A stretch of DNA of 64,000 bases from an uncultured Spirochaetota bacterium (GCA_963845535.1 CAWJSK010000003.1:32994-96993), one strand, 5' to 3'; positions 29,242 through 38,518 are shown, counted from the first letter of the stretch. The notes: a model not told the origin generated them from the letters alone. Numbers and translations are program-made.

Positions 29242-29604
29242 GTGAGTGATATCGTTCCAAGGAATCAAGTGGCAAAGCAGGGCACATTTGGCGTCCTGGC
29301 AACAGGCGGCGGCATCGCGCTCCTGATCCTGGCAGGCGGCGGATTGTTCGGAACCATTGCGGGTGGTGTGCTCCTTGTTGCCGGTCTTGCTCTGAGCGGC
29401 TCAAAGTCAGACAAGGCCTTGGGAGTTGTCACAGCCATCGTGGGCGCGGCTGCATTGGCCACCGGGCTTCTCAGTCACATCCCGGTGCTCTCGTGGTTCG
29501 TGAGGGCGGCGGATCTTGTCATGAGGGCCGGCGGCGTGGTTCTTATCGGAACGGGTATCTACTCCCTCATCCGCTTTTTCAGCAACCTCAGAAAACGCAG
29601 CTAG
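29242..29604 (+). CDS. Small Gly-zipper membrane protein
   Basis: 120 aa. GTG start 6 nt after GGAGG. It has 3-4 TM helices rich in G-x-x-x-G. It is divergent from the LiaF-like operon. Confidence 0.55.
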   Translation: MSDIVPRNQVAKQGTFGVLATGGGIALLILAGGGLFGTIAGGVLLVAGLALSGSKSDKALGVVTAIVGAAALATGLLSHIPVLSWFVRAADLVMRAGGVVLIGTGIYSLIRFFSNLRKRS

Positions 29605-29683
29605 ACCGCATCGGGCGAAACTACCGTTTCCTTTCGGGCTGCACGGCTCACCGAGCGCGGTCCGCAAACCGATATTGGAAGTG

Positions 29684-30928
29684 ATGCGGCTGCTCAGCGC
29701 CTTCGTTGTCTTTCTCCTCTGCGCTTTTTCCGCGCGCGCCCTTGGAGGAGACCAGACCCTGCAGGAGGCCAGGCTCGACCTGATGGGCGCCGACTCCGAG
29801 GGCGCGGCCGGCATGTATGCCTCCTGGCTGGAAGCAAACCTGACCTCGGCAGAAGCTCCGGTGATATTCAACCGATATTTTTCGCTCGAGCAGAACCTCC
29901 CTTTGCTCATGGAGGCCGGGAAGAAGTTCCTGGCGGGCGCGCAGAAAGGCGCCGGCCTTTCCGCGACCATGGCGCGGATTGCGCGGCTTTTCGAAGTGGC
30001 GGGCAAAGCTGAAGATGCCCGTGACGCGTACCTCTCGGCGTTCGCGCGCGGGGAGACCTCCGCCTTGGAGTCCGCATTTCTTGTTTCACTCGAGATGAAC
30101 GATGTGAATGCGCTCCAATCCGCTCTTTCCGAAATGAAGAATGCTGCCGGTGAGAAGTTGGAGCTTCTGGCCGCGTGCATCGCTTTTCAGAAAGGCGACA
30201 TCGGTCCCGCGGAGGCATCCCTCATCCGAATCGCGAGCACGGCAAACGATCAATCCGTGTGCCTCAGGGCGCTTTGGATGAGCTATGAGGCGGCCGTACG
30301 CTGTGGTGATTCCTCAAGCCGACAGCAAGCGGTCAAGCTTCTTGGAGAACGTTTTCCGCGCTCTCCTGAATACGCAATTGTCGTTTCGGATGCACCTGCA
30401 ACAAGGCCGAGGACCGGTCCCGGCGTTACGCTTCTAGCGCTGCCCGGCAGCTTTTTGATCGAACAGCCGGCAGCCGGACAGCAACCCGCGCAGATGGCGC
30501 AGCCCGGGCAGGCAGCGCAGCCCATCCCCGACCAGAAGCCTCCGGTGACTTTGGACGTCCCCGGCGCGGAATCCCCGCGGCCCCCGGAGTCTCCGCCGCA
30601 GAGCGCATCGCCCAACTCTCCTCGTCGGACGCTGTCTGTCCAGGCGGGATCCTTTCAGATGAAAGAGAACGCCGATGACCTGATTGGGGAGCTGACGCGA
30701 AAAGGGTTCTCGCCGACTCTTCGCATCGACGCGCTCTCCGGGAAACCCCTCTACCGAGTTTTTGCAGGCAAAGGGCTTTCCGTGGAAGAGGCCCGCGTCC
30801 TTTTGGACCGGCTCCACCAGGCGGGATTCAGCGGATATCTCCTGAGCGACTCGGAGATCAATCCCCGGGCGCCAGGGACGTCGGGCAGCGGCCCAGAGGC
30901 GCTTGCGCCAGACGCTACCGGGCCTTGA
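29684..30928 (+). CDS. SPOR-domain (peptidoglycan-binding) protein
   Basis: It has a signal peptide ('LLSAFVVFLLCAFSARA'), a helical N-domain and a Pro/Gln linker. The C-terminal SPOR domain is 'LSVQAGSFQMKENADDLIGELTRKGFSPTL...YRVFAGKGLSVEEARVLLDRL'. Confidence 0.8.
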   Translation: MRLLSAFVVFLLCAFSARALGGDQTLQEARLDLMGADSEGAAGMYASWLEANLTSAEAPVIFNRYFSLEQNLPLLMEAGKKFLAGAQKGAGLSATMARIARLFEVAGKAEDARDAYLSAFARGETSALESAFLVSLEMNDVNALQSALSEMKNAAGEKLELLAACIAFQKGDIGPAEASLIRIASTANDQSVCLRALWMSYEAAVRCGDSSSRQQAVKLLGERFPRSPEYAIVVSDAPATRPRTGPGVTLLALPGSFLIEQPAAGQQPAQMAQPGQAAQPIPDQKPPVTLDVPGAESPRPPESPPQSASPNSPRRTLSVQAGSFQMKENADDLIGELTRKGFSPTLRIDALSGKPLYRVFAGKGLSVEEARVLLDRLHQAGFSGYLLSDSEINPRAPGTSGSGPEALAPDATGP

Positions 30929-32459
30929 GGTCCAGCTCCTGCTCCAGAGAAATGGCGTCTCCCGCCGCGTCCTCGTAGCCGTCCACCGTCAGCTGCACGG
31001 GAGAAAGCGTGAGAGTCCGCTTGATCCGGGCAGGGTTCTTGCTCTCTTTGAAATCGATCAGCCAGGACTTGTCTTCCTCTGGGGTTCGATCGTCACCGAA
31101 GAAGCGGGCGCTCATGATGGTCCTGCCGGCAAGCGGAAAGAGGATATACTCCGCGGTCCGCTGCGACCTTGGGCTCTTCCAACGGAGCTTGGGATTCTCG
31201 AAATCAATGACGGTCCCGTTGGCGCTGTAGTATTCTCCCTCAAGGGCCGGCGCCTTCTGGGACGCAGCGGCTCCCTGGGGCCTGAACAGCCTGGCTTGCG
31301 CCTGGTCCGCGATCCTGGTGTATGTGCCCACCTGCGGCCGGTCCGGCGAGTCGTCTCCGACAATTGCAACCGAGAGTGTGACGGTTGAAAGCGCGGTCAC
31401 CTCGAACGTGCGGCTGATCTGCGGCACGGTCTCGTTGTCTCCGACCAGTCGAGCGGTGTTGTACAGCGTGCGGGCCGTGACCCGCCAGGAGAAGACTTCC
31501 TCCGTATCACCGCTGGAAAGCACGATTTTTTTGGAGCGAGGGTCGAAGGATATCTCCCGCTGCCCCGACTCCGGACCCGCGTCCGTGCTTTCAGTCTGCG
31601 TCTGGATCCACGACCCCGCGAGGAAGTCCTCGAAGGAATCCGGGGAGAGGTCGCTTGCAAGCTTGGCAAGCTGCGCCTGCGCCGTCTTTTCCCCGGGGAC
31701 TTTTTCGGGCGGGCCGGGGACGTAGCGCGCGTCGCTCTGGCTCCACTGGTAGGTGATCTTCACGAGGTCCATCACGTTGTGGGAATCAGGGTCGCGAACG
31801 TACGAGTCGATGGGGAAGCTTTCCCCGTTCTTCTGGTCGGTGGAGTAGGAGTCCGGCCGGTCCGCCTCCAGGATGTGGATGTCATCAGCCACGATCTGGC
31901 AGACGGGAAGATATACCAGGTCATTCCCGTGGGGGTCCTTGCCGCGGCGAAAGATCTCCAGGGTCAGCTTTCCGTCCTTGCTCATGCCGGTGGCCACGAT
32001 CTCCACGTCGTGGTCTCCAATGAGATCTTTCACGGCCAGGCTGAAGATGCGATTGTCCGTGGCATTCGTCGGAGCTTCCCAGCTCTGGAAGTAGTACGTG
32101 CCCCTCTCAGGGTCCACGTCGGCCACGAGCAGTCGCACGGGGGAGTCCACGTCCGTCATCCTCTTGACCGCAATGACCTGCTCTTCCTCCGGGCCCTTGC
32201 GCAGCGCGGCGTTGATCACCTGCAGCACCGTATCCCTGGGGTCGATCATGATTCGCGGCTGGGGCATCACGGGCACGGTGAGCATGCCGGAAGCGGCTGG
32301 CTGTGAAGAGCCGTTGGATGCGTCGGTTTCAGTGACCGCTTTCGGGATGATGACCCGTGACGCCTCCCTGCCGTTGCTGGAGCGCTGGCAGGCGGCAAGG
32401 AACAAGGAGCTGCATGCAAGAAGCATCAGCGCGGGAGCCGTGATGAAAAGCCTTTTCAT
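30915..32459 (-). CDS. Hypothetical lipoprotein
   Basis: ATG 32459 overlaps the stop of the DHH gene (ATGA). The lipobox is 'MLLACSSLFLAAC'. I recognised no motif. Confidence 0.65.
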   Translation of the reverse strand: MKRLFITAPALMLLACSSLFLAACQRSSNGREASRVIIPKAVTETDASNGSSQPAASGMLTVPVMPQPRIMIDPRDTVLQVINAALRKGPEEEQVIAVKRMTDVDSPVRLLVADVDPERGTYYFQSWEAPTNATDNRIFSLAVKDLIGDHDVEIVATGMSKDGKLTLEIFRRGKDPHGNDLVYLPVCQIVADDIHILEADRPDSYSTDQKNGESFPIDSYVRDPDSHNVMDLVKITYQWSQSDARYVPGPPEKVPGEKTAQAQLAKLASDLSPDSFEDFLAGSWIQTQTESTDAGPESGQREISFDPRSKKIVLSSGDTEEVFSWRVTARTLYNTARLVGDNETVPQISRTFEVTALSTVTLSVAIVGDDSPDRPQVGTYTRIADQAQARLFRPQGAAASQKAPALEGEYYSANGTVIDFENPKLRWKSPRSQRTAEYILFPLAGRTIMSARFFGDDRTPEEDKSWLIDFKESKNPARIKRTLTLSPVQLTVDGYEDAAGDAISLEQELDLKAR

Positions 32460-33436
32460 TGAAAGTGGACCCTCAATCTTTCCAGTATGGCGCGCCTGGT
32501 CTTTTCCAGGGAGAGACGGCACTTGAAGCCGGCTGCGGTCCTGTGGCCGCCGCCGCCGAACATCTGGGCGATCTCCGCGACGTTGATCAGTCCCTTGGAG
32601 CGCAGGGAACACCGAAGCAGCCCCTCGATGTTCTCCTTGAAGAAAATGGAGACCCGCACGTCTTCGCTTCGAAGGGGGATGTTGATGAGGCCGTCGGCTT
32701 CCTCATAATTGGCCCCGGAATCTCTGATCATTTCCTTGTCCATTGTCAAGACTGCCACGTGGTTCCCCAGCGTGAGCTCGAGCGTCGAGAGGACGCGCGA
32801 CTGCAGGAGCAGCGCGGAAATGGAGTTGCTTTCGTACACGCGCGTATAGACGAGGTTGGGCTGCACGCCCACTTGGACGAGATGCCGGGCGATGTCGAAG
32901 GTGATTGCCGTCGTCTTCGGGTAGATGAAGCACCCCGTGTCATAGATGATCCCCGTGTACAAGGCATCTGCCATGCGAAGGTCGATCTCGACTCCCATCT
33001 CCCGCAGGATCTGGTAGACGATCTCCGAGGTCGAGGAGGCGCTCTTCAGTATGACGTTGCCCGTGAGCACGTCCTCATCGTTTTCATGATGGTCAATGAT
33101 GAAGTATTCCCGCACGCGGGGGAGGACCAGGGTGGCCACCGACCCGATGTTGTGGATGTCGTTCGTATCAAGCATGAGGAGGGCGTAGGTTTCGACATCG
33201 GTGGGGACCTGGGCCTCGTCCTGAAGGACGCAGATGGAGCTTTCCGGATCCAGGAACGCGAACTTCCGCGGTGTCGGGTCCCCGTTGAGGATGATCGCTT
33301 TTTTCCCCAGCGCCGCCAGCGCGCGTCGGGCGGCGCACTCGCTGCCAAGGGCGTCTCCGTCCGGCGTCTCATGGGCGGTGATGATGAGCTTGTCCGTCCT
33401 GGTGAGGAAGTCGACGGCCGCGTCGAGCTCGTTCAC
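32456..33436 (-). CDS. nrnA: DHH-family phosphoesterase (NrnA-like oligoribonuclease / pAp phosphatase)
   Basis: 'HETPDGDALGS', 'IIDHHEN' (DHH) and the DHHA1 motif 'GGGHRTAAG' are all present. Confidence 0.85.
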   Translation of the reverse strand: MNELDAAVDFLTRTDKLIITAHETPDGDALGSECAARRALAALGKKAIILNGDPTPRKFAFLDPESSICVLQDEAQVPTDVETYALLMLDTNDIHNIGSVATLVLPRVREYFIIDHHENDEDVLTGNVILKSASSTSEIVYQILREMGVEIDLRMADALYTGIIYDTGCFIYPKTTAITFDIARHLVQVGVQPNLVYTRVYESNSISALLLQSRVLSTLELTLGNHVAVLTMDKEMIRDSGANYEEADGLINIPLRSEDVRVSIFFKENIEGLLRCSLRSKGLINVAEIAQMFGGGGHRTAAGFKCRLSLEKTRRAILERLRVHFQ

Positions 33437-34611
33437 CGCCGGCCTTTCCCTGACGGTTGCGCCGCCCGCGCTTCAGGATTGGCCGGCTTGAAAACGCTCG
33501 TGCCCTTCTTCACCAGCTTCATTTTTCGAAGCAGGGACACGGGAACGCCCGGACCAATGCAAACGCCTGCCTCCACGCGCAGCCCTGCGGGGATCTCCGC
33601 GTTCATCCCGACCACGGTCAACCCGTCACGGATCTGCCCGGGGAAATCGGCGTTCTTGGCGGTGGATGATCGCGAGCCAATGGAGCAGTTGTCACCCACA
33701 TTGACGGCGGAACGGGAAAGCTCGGCTGACACGGGCAACAGCAAGGAGTTCTGGATATCCCCCCCGGCGCCTATCCTGTTGCCGTTCATGACGATGGATC
33801 GGCTGATTTTCGTGTTCTTGCCTATGTGAACGTTGGGAAAGACGATGGATTCCTCGATCTCACCTTCGACCTCGACGCCCGAGGCCAGCCAGGAATTGCG
33901 GACGCATCCTTTTTCCGTTATGTGCGATTCGATGCTCTTTTCGGAAGGCTCAGGGAGCCGTGAGAGGGTCTTTCGGTAGCCGTCGGTCGCGCAGTTCCCG
34001 ATGACCCACAAGTTGTTGTGGAAATACTCCATCAGATCGTTCTGGAAGAGAACTTCGCCCGGCACATCCTCGAGGAGGTCAATTGACGGAAGGAGTGCCG
34101 CCGCAAAAAGGCTTTCGCGAAGCGGCTTTCGGTCAGTGCGTCGATCGAGAGCCGATCGAAGAAGGGAAGCGACGGTCTGCCTGCCTGCCGCGTACATCTC
34201 TATGGGCGTGCGTGAAACGGAGATCTTGATGACCTTGCCTGCGGCCTTCGCGGCTGTGTCCAGGAGCTCCGCCGTATCAAGGACGCAGACGGAAGAGAGC
34301 GACGCCAGGATCACCGTGTCGCTGCGGGAGGATTCGACGAGCGGCAAAAGCTCGGCAAGCGGATCTTCCAGGGCGATCACGCGGGCAACGGGTTTCTTCC
34401 ATCGGGAGGAAAGCGTCAGGGGTATTGTCCGATGGGATTCCTCCAAGATGATCGTCAGCTCGGTATCCGACGACTCCCGGCCGCGGCCGTTTCCGTTTCC
34501 GCGGCCGTCCGCGGGCCCGCCCCTCAGGAGATTTTCGCGCTGGTCCCCGGAGCCCCGAAAGTTTGCGACCATGAAATCCACCAGGCAGTGGTTTCCCCAG
34601 AAAGGCAGCAA
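33433..34611 (-). CDS. GlgC/GlgD-like nucleotidyltransferase with a left-handed beta-helix C-domain (degenerate N-terminus)
   Basis: 'LLPFWGNHCLVDFMVANF' parallels the GlgC motif 'VPFGGKYRIIDFxLSN'. The C-terminal hexapeptide repeats are 'IVFPNVHIGKNTKISRSIVMNGNRIGAGGDIQNS'. The first available start is TTG 34611; see the findings. Confidence 0.6.
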   Translation of the reverse strand: MLPFWGNHCLVDFMVANFRGSGDQRENLLRGGPADGRGNGNGRGRESSDTELTIILEESHRTIPLTLSSRWKKPVARVIALEDPLAELLPLVESSRSDTVILASLSSVCVLDTAELLDTAAKAAGKVIKISVSRTPIEMYAAGRQTVASLLRSALDRRTDRKPLRESLFAAALLPSIDLLEDVPGEVLFQNDLMEYFHNNLWVIGNCATDGYRKTLSRLPEPSEKSIESHITEKGCVRNSWLASGVEVEGEIEESIVFPNVHIGKNTKISRSIVMNGNRIGAGGDIQNSLLLPVSAELSRSAVNVGDNCSIGSRSSTAKNADFPGQIRDGLTVVGMNAEIPAGLRVEAGVCIGPGVPVSLLRKMKLVKKGTSVFKPANPEARAAQPSGKGRR

Positions 34612-34693
34612 CGAGTATCGGAAATCCTCCGCGATCCCCGGGATGACCTGAAGCGGTCCCGTGTCGAAGAGGTAGACAGATGTCGCACCCAGA

Positions 34694-36235
34694 CTACTTT
34701 TCCCTCTTCCCCGTCCTGGTCACGGGCGCCTTTCGGGGGCTCCGTGCGGCTTTCCTTCTCGCGGCCGGCTTTTCCGGCTTTGACGAGCTTTCCTTGGGCG
34801 CGCTTTCCACGGTGACAGGCTTGTGGTTGATTTCCCGGGGAGCCGACGCTTTGCCCTGTATCTCGAGGCTCAGCTTCCTTCCGTCTTCGGTCTTCAGGAC
34901 GAAAGATTCCCCGCGAACGTCAGCGGGCACATCGGCAAGCTTCGGAAATCTTTCTGCCTTGAGAACGCCCATCCCGAGCTTGTTGTTCTTGACGAAGAAG
35001 CGGGCGAGCGAGCGCGCGTTCTTCTTCGAGATGAGGCCGAAATCACCCTCCACCTCGTTCAAGAATAGCTCATGCCCGGCTCCCAGGCTCACGGGAGCAT
35101 CACCGAGAGGCGAATCATCGACAAGAACGAGGAAAGACAAAGATCCTCCCGTTGTGACTCGCCGCACAAGGAGAATCAGGGCCACGATGACGACGATGAG
35201 CAGAACGGCGCCCGCGCCGAGGGGAAGCGTGTTGCTCTCCATCCATCCCTTGACCCGGAATGAAACGTCCACGCTGGAAGGGCTGAAACCCTGGCCCTGG
35301 GGAAAAGAGAAAGAAAGCGTGGCATGGCCGGAGCCCTCGGGCAGGCCGGCGGGGAACTTCACGGGAACCTTTGCAGCCTGCTCCTGGCCTTTTTTGACGT
35401 TGATGGTCAACGGCGCGGCAAGGATGGGGGCGGAAGGCGCGTTGCCGATCCGTGCGTCGATCCTGTTCACCGTAACGGTGGCATCCCCTCCTTGCGTGAC
35501 GGAAGGTTTCAGCGTAAAGGCGAGGGTGCTGCTGCCATCAGGGCCAACGGGCGCCACCTGGACCTCGCCCTGCAGCGTCACATCGCCGAACAGGCCGCCG
35601 GCGGACTGCGTGAGGGCGCCCGAGCTCAGCTTGCCGGTGATCTGCGTGTACGAGCTGGACAGCGCGGTGGCCAGGTCCTTGGCCGCCGTCTCCGTTCCGA
35701 TGCCAAGGATCATGACCTTCCACCCTTTCTGCTGGATGGTTTTGGTGTTGGCAAGGAACTCATGGTTGAACTTTCCGTCAGGAGAGTAGTACTTGCTCGT
35801 TGGCGGCGCTTCCTGGATCCCGTCTGTCAGAAGGAGGACGTACTTGTCGCGGCCGTCATTTTCTTTTGTTGCGATCTGGGCTTTCAAAACGTCAAGGGCA
35901 TTTCCAATATCTGTGAAACGTCCATTTCCTCTAATTCCGGAAATGATCTTCTTCACTGCAGCTTTGTCCGCATCCGTCTTGATCGTCTGGGAAACAATGA
36001 CCTCAGCCTTCCCATAAAAAGCAACAATGTCGATGAAGTCTCCAGGGATCACAATTTGATCGATCAAATATGAGTTGACCCAGCTCTTGACTGCGCCGAT
36101 CTTGTTCTCCATGGAAAGAGACTTGTCGAGGGCGACCATGATGTCGATGTTCTGCGTCCGCGTGTCCGCAAGCAGCGGGGACGCCAGAATGAGGAAGAAC
36201 GCCAAAGCTGCGAGAAGGCTTCTGCGGATGCCCAT
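34694..36235 (-). CDS. Von Willebrand factor type A domain membrane protein
   Basis: It has a signal peptide, the VWA MIDAS motif 'VALDKSLSM...LLLTDG', a beta-rich middle region and one TM ('GAGAVLLIVVIVALILLV'). A cytoplasmic domain and a Lys/Arg/Pro-rich tail follow. Confidence 0.8.
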   Translation of the reverse strand: MGIRRSLLAALAFFLILASPLLADTRTQNIDIMVALDKSLSMENKIGAVKSWVNSYLIDQIVIPGDFIDIVAFYGKAEVIVSQTIKTDADKAAVKKIISGIRGNGRFTDIGNALDVLKAQIATKENDGRDKYVLLLTDGIQEAPPTSKYYSPDGKFNHEFLANTKTIQQKGWKVMILGIGTETAAKDLATALSSSYTQITGKLSSGALTQSAGGLFGDVTLQGEVQVAPVGPDGSSTLAFTLKPSVTQGGDATVTVNRIDARIGNAPSAPILAAPLTINVKKGQEQAAKVPVKFPAGLPEGSGHATLSFSFPQGQGFSPSSVDVSFRVKGWMESNTLPLGAGAVLLIVVIVALILLVRRVTTGGSLSFLVLVDDSPLGDAPVSLGAGHELFLNEVEGDFGLISKKNARSLARFFVKNNKLGMGVLKAERFPKLADVPADVRGESFVLKTEDGRKLSLEIQGKASAPREINHKPVTVESAPKESSSKPEKPAARRKAARSPRKAPVTRTGKREK

Positions 36236-36253
36236 ACTGCCTCCTAATCCTGC

Positions 36254-36282
36254 GTGAAATCGCTTGTAGGATGCACTATAAT
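36254..36282 (+). promoter_or_regulatory. Candidate sigma70-type promoter of the cfpA-like gene
   Basis: GTGAAA (36254-36259), a 17-nt spacer, then a perfect TATAAT (36277-36282), in an AT-rich 150-nt intergenic region. It implies a 5' leader of about 100 nt. Confidence 0.4.
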
Positions 36283-36388
36283 TCTATAAAATGGAAGAGA
36301 GGAAATGGTGGCACTGGAAAAAAGTGCTTGCCAGAGTGGTTCTTTTGTGGTCTACTAGCCGCGACTAAACTGAGAAAAGGAGACAGGT

Positions 36389-38419
36389 ATGGCTGCTATT
36401 GACCTTCCGAAAAGCCCGAATGTGTTCCATCCGGAAAAGCCGAGCGCCGTAGGTTCCCGGAACTCGCTCGCACAGGAGTTCAGGGATCAGCAGGCGGAAG
36501 TCGACCTGCTCATGAGTGAAGAAGTCGACAAAGTGATGAATCATATCACCTCGAAGCTGCCCAAGGAAGTTGCTGAGAAGCTCGACGTCATGGGCGGTCT
36601 GAAAGAGAAGCTCTACAACTACTTCAACCAGAACTACCAGAACATGTTCAACCGCTACATGGTCACCTCGGAAGACGAGATGGTGAAGAAGGTAAGGAAC
36701 TTCATCGACAAGGAGGAGATGAAGTCTCTGGCTCGTTACACCCCGAAGGAGATCGCCGCCATGCTGGACCAGATCGGCGGCATCGACAAGTTCAATACGG
36801 GTGAAATCGAGAAATCCATCGTCAACATGTACGGCCACCTCCAGGGCCACATCCAGCGGGGCGTCAATGACCTGGAGAACCTCACCAACTCCCTGCTTCG
36901 TCAGAAGACGGACGTTGGCGCGTTCATCAGGGGTGAAAACGCGTACTCCATCGTGAAGTGCTCGTTCAAGGACAGCGCGTACAAGCCCAAGACCGTGACT
37001 GACGTGAAGCTCTCCGTCAACATCCTGGACTCGGAGCTCATCAGCCCCATCTTCCATTACCAGGTCACCGTGGAGTTCCTCATCAAGGACCTCATCTCCA
37101 AGAACATCATGGACCTCATTGACAAGGAGATCGAGAAGCTGAAGGACCAGGTCATTGATGAAGGCCGGGAAGAGCTGAATGACGGAGAGATCCTCTTCGA
37201 GAAGATGAAGAGGGTGGAGAAGTTCACCTCGGATGACAAGGATGATCCCAAGTCCAAGAGGTACTCGTTCTTCGCAAAGAGCCTCATGGACAAGATCGAG
37301 GGCCTCCGCGCGGAGCTTGATCCTGAAGAGTATGACGCGGTCAACGTCCGTGAGAACCTGAAGCGGATCATCGACCTGGAGAACATCAGGAACCGCGGGT
37401 TCAACACCGCCATCAACTCCATCACCTCCATCCTGGACACCTCCAAGATGGGCTACCAGCACGTTGAGAACCTCAAGAACGCCCGCGAGCTGGTCCTGCG
37501 CGAATATGAGGACACGGATGAGGCGCATCTGCCTGACGAGCGCTACGCCATCAGGCTGAAATACTACGACCAGGCGCAGCTCCTGGAGGAGCGCAAGTCA
37601 TACGACGTCCAGGCCAAGAGCTTCGAGGTGGAGATGCAGCACGCATGGGACATCCTCGACATGGTGTATGAGGACTCCAAGTTCCTCAAGGGCGTCGTGG
37701 ACTTCAATGACCTTGCCAAGCGCATGAAGGGCAAGATCAAGAGGCGGATCAAGGCAAAGACCGGAGATCCCCTGTATGAAGACATCGAGAAGAGCTGGAG
37801 TGAGATCACGTTCGTAAGGCCCGGTGACACGGACGTGGAGCGGATGAACCGCACCTACATCGCGGAAAAGGATGAGATCAAGAAGCGCATCATCCTGATG
37901 AAGGACAAGCTCCAGAAGCTCTACGGGTACCGCTATCCCATCCAGCGCAGGGTGCTTGAGGAGAGGATTTCCTTCATGGAGCATGAGTTCCTCAAGTTCG
38001 AGTACATGATCAACCCGTACCATATCCAGCCGGGACTGCTCCTGGACGTGAATATCACCTCCATCAAGAGGAAGAAAGCGACCCTGGACGGAATGGCCAA
38101 CGTGCTGAACGAGTTCCTGTATGGCGTATCCAAGGGATTCCAGGACGCTGCGTTTGCCTCGTTCTCCCGCAGGCGCTCCACGGTCCGCGCGGACATTGCG
38201 CAGTCCTTCGCGGCGCAGCCGGAGGAAACTCCCGCCAACGCGGCTGAAGGCAAGAAGACAGACTACCTGGACATGCTGAACGTTCCCGGCGCTGACACAA
38301 AGGCCGAGAGCAGGGCCGCAGCCCAGGGCGTTGTGGACGTTGCACCGCGGCGTGGCCGCAAGCCCGGCAGGAGGGGCCGTCCGCGCAGGGGCGGGGACGT
38401 CGGTCTGAGAGAGATCTGA
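36389..38419 (+). CDS. cfpA: Cytoplasmic filament protein A-like protein
   Basis: 676-aa Lys/Glu/Asp-rich helical protein. AAGGAG (36377-36382) lies 6 nt before the ATG, and the gene has its own promoter and terminator. The size and the order cfpA-like / hypothetical / ppdK match what I recall for T. pallidum TP0748-0746. The CDS is near certain; the name is unverified. Confidence 0.6.
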   Translation: MAAIDLPKSPNVFHPEKPSAVGSRNSLAQEFRDQQAEVDLLMSEEVDKVMNHITSKLPKEVAEKLDVMGGLKEKLYNYFNQNYQNMFNRYMVTSEDEMVKKVRNFIDKEEMKSLARYTPKEIAAMLDQIGGIDKFNTGEIEKSIVNMYGHLQGHIQRGVNDLENLTNSLLRQKTDVGAFIRGENAYSIVKCSFKDSAYKPKTVTDVKLSVNILDSELISPIFHYQVTVEFLIKDLISKNIMDLIDKEIEKLKDQVIDEGREELNDGEILFEKMKRVEKFTSDDKDDPKSKRYSFFAKSLMDKIEGLRAELDPEEYDAVNVRENLKRIIDLENIRNRGFNTAINSITSILDTSKMGYQHVENLKNARELVLREYEDTDEAHLPDERYAIRLKYYDQAQLLEERKSYDVQAKSFEVEMQHAWDILDMVYEDSKFLKGVVDFNDLAKRMKGKIKRRIKAKTGDPLYEDIEKSWSEITFVRPGDTDVERMNRTYIAEKDEIKKRIILMKDKLQKLYGYRYPIQRRVLEERISFMEHEFLKFEYMINPYHIQPGLLLDVNITSIKRKKATLDGMANVLNEFLYGVSKGFQDAAFASFSRRRSTVRADIAQSFAAQPEETPANAAEGKKTDYLDMLNVPGADTKAESRAAAQGVVDVAPRRGRKPGRRGRPRRGGDVGLREI

Positions 38420-38434
38420 ACATCGGGGAACTGA

Positions 38435-38468
38435 ATGGTGACCCCCCCGGGGGTCACCATTTTCATTT
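38435..38468 (+). terminator. Rho-independent terminator after the cfpA-like gene
   Basis: ATGGTGACCCC(C) (38435-38446) pairs with (G)GGGGTCACCAT (38449-38460), giving a 10-12 bp GC-rich stem. It is followed by TTTCATTT. Confidence 0.75.
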
Positions 38469-38481
38469 GCGGCCGTAACGT

Positions 38482-38501
38482 GCCACGACACGTGTCGTGG
38501 C
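38482..38501. promoter_or_regulatory. Perfect 20-bp palindrome (candidate operator or RNA hairpin)
   Basis: GCCACGACAC|GTGTCGTGGC, centred on CACGTG. It lies 17 nt upstream of ATG 38519, between the cfpA terminator and the next gene. Confidence 0.4.
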
Positions 38502-38518
38502 GGCGAAGGGAAAATGCC

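Noticed and set aside
32459-33829. 456-aa plus-strand ORF across the DHH and GlgC-like genes.
   Set aside because: It is antisense to a gene with clear DHH/DHHA1 motifs. The ORF has no motifs, and its boundaries ignore the operon structure.
36309-36331. TGGCAC...TGCTTGC upstream of the cfpA-like gene, which looks like a sigma54 -24/-12 promoter.
   Set aside because: The GG-to-GC spacing is 16 or 20 nt from the TGGCAC GG, and 10 or 14 nt from the next GG. The canonical spacing is 12 nt (TGGCAC-N5-TTGC). A sigma70-type TATAAT promoter upstream fits better.
36365-37528. 387-aa minus-strand ORF, antisense to the cfpA-like gene.
   Set aside because: The plus-strand gene has an SD, a promoter and a terminator. 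The antisense product is dominated by Leu/Val/Asp/His runs, as expected from the complement of a Lys/Glu/Asp/Ile-rich gene.
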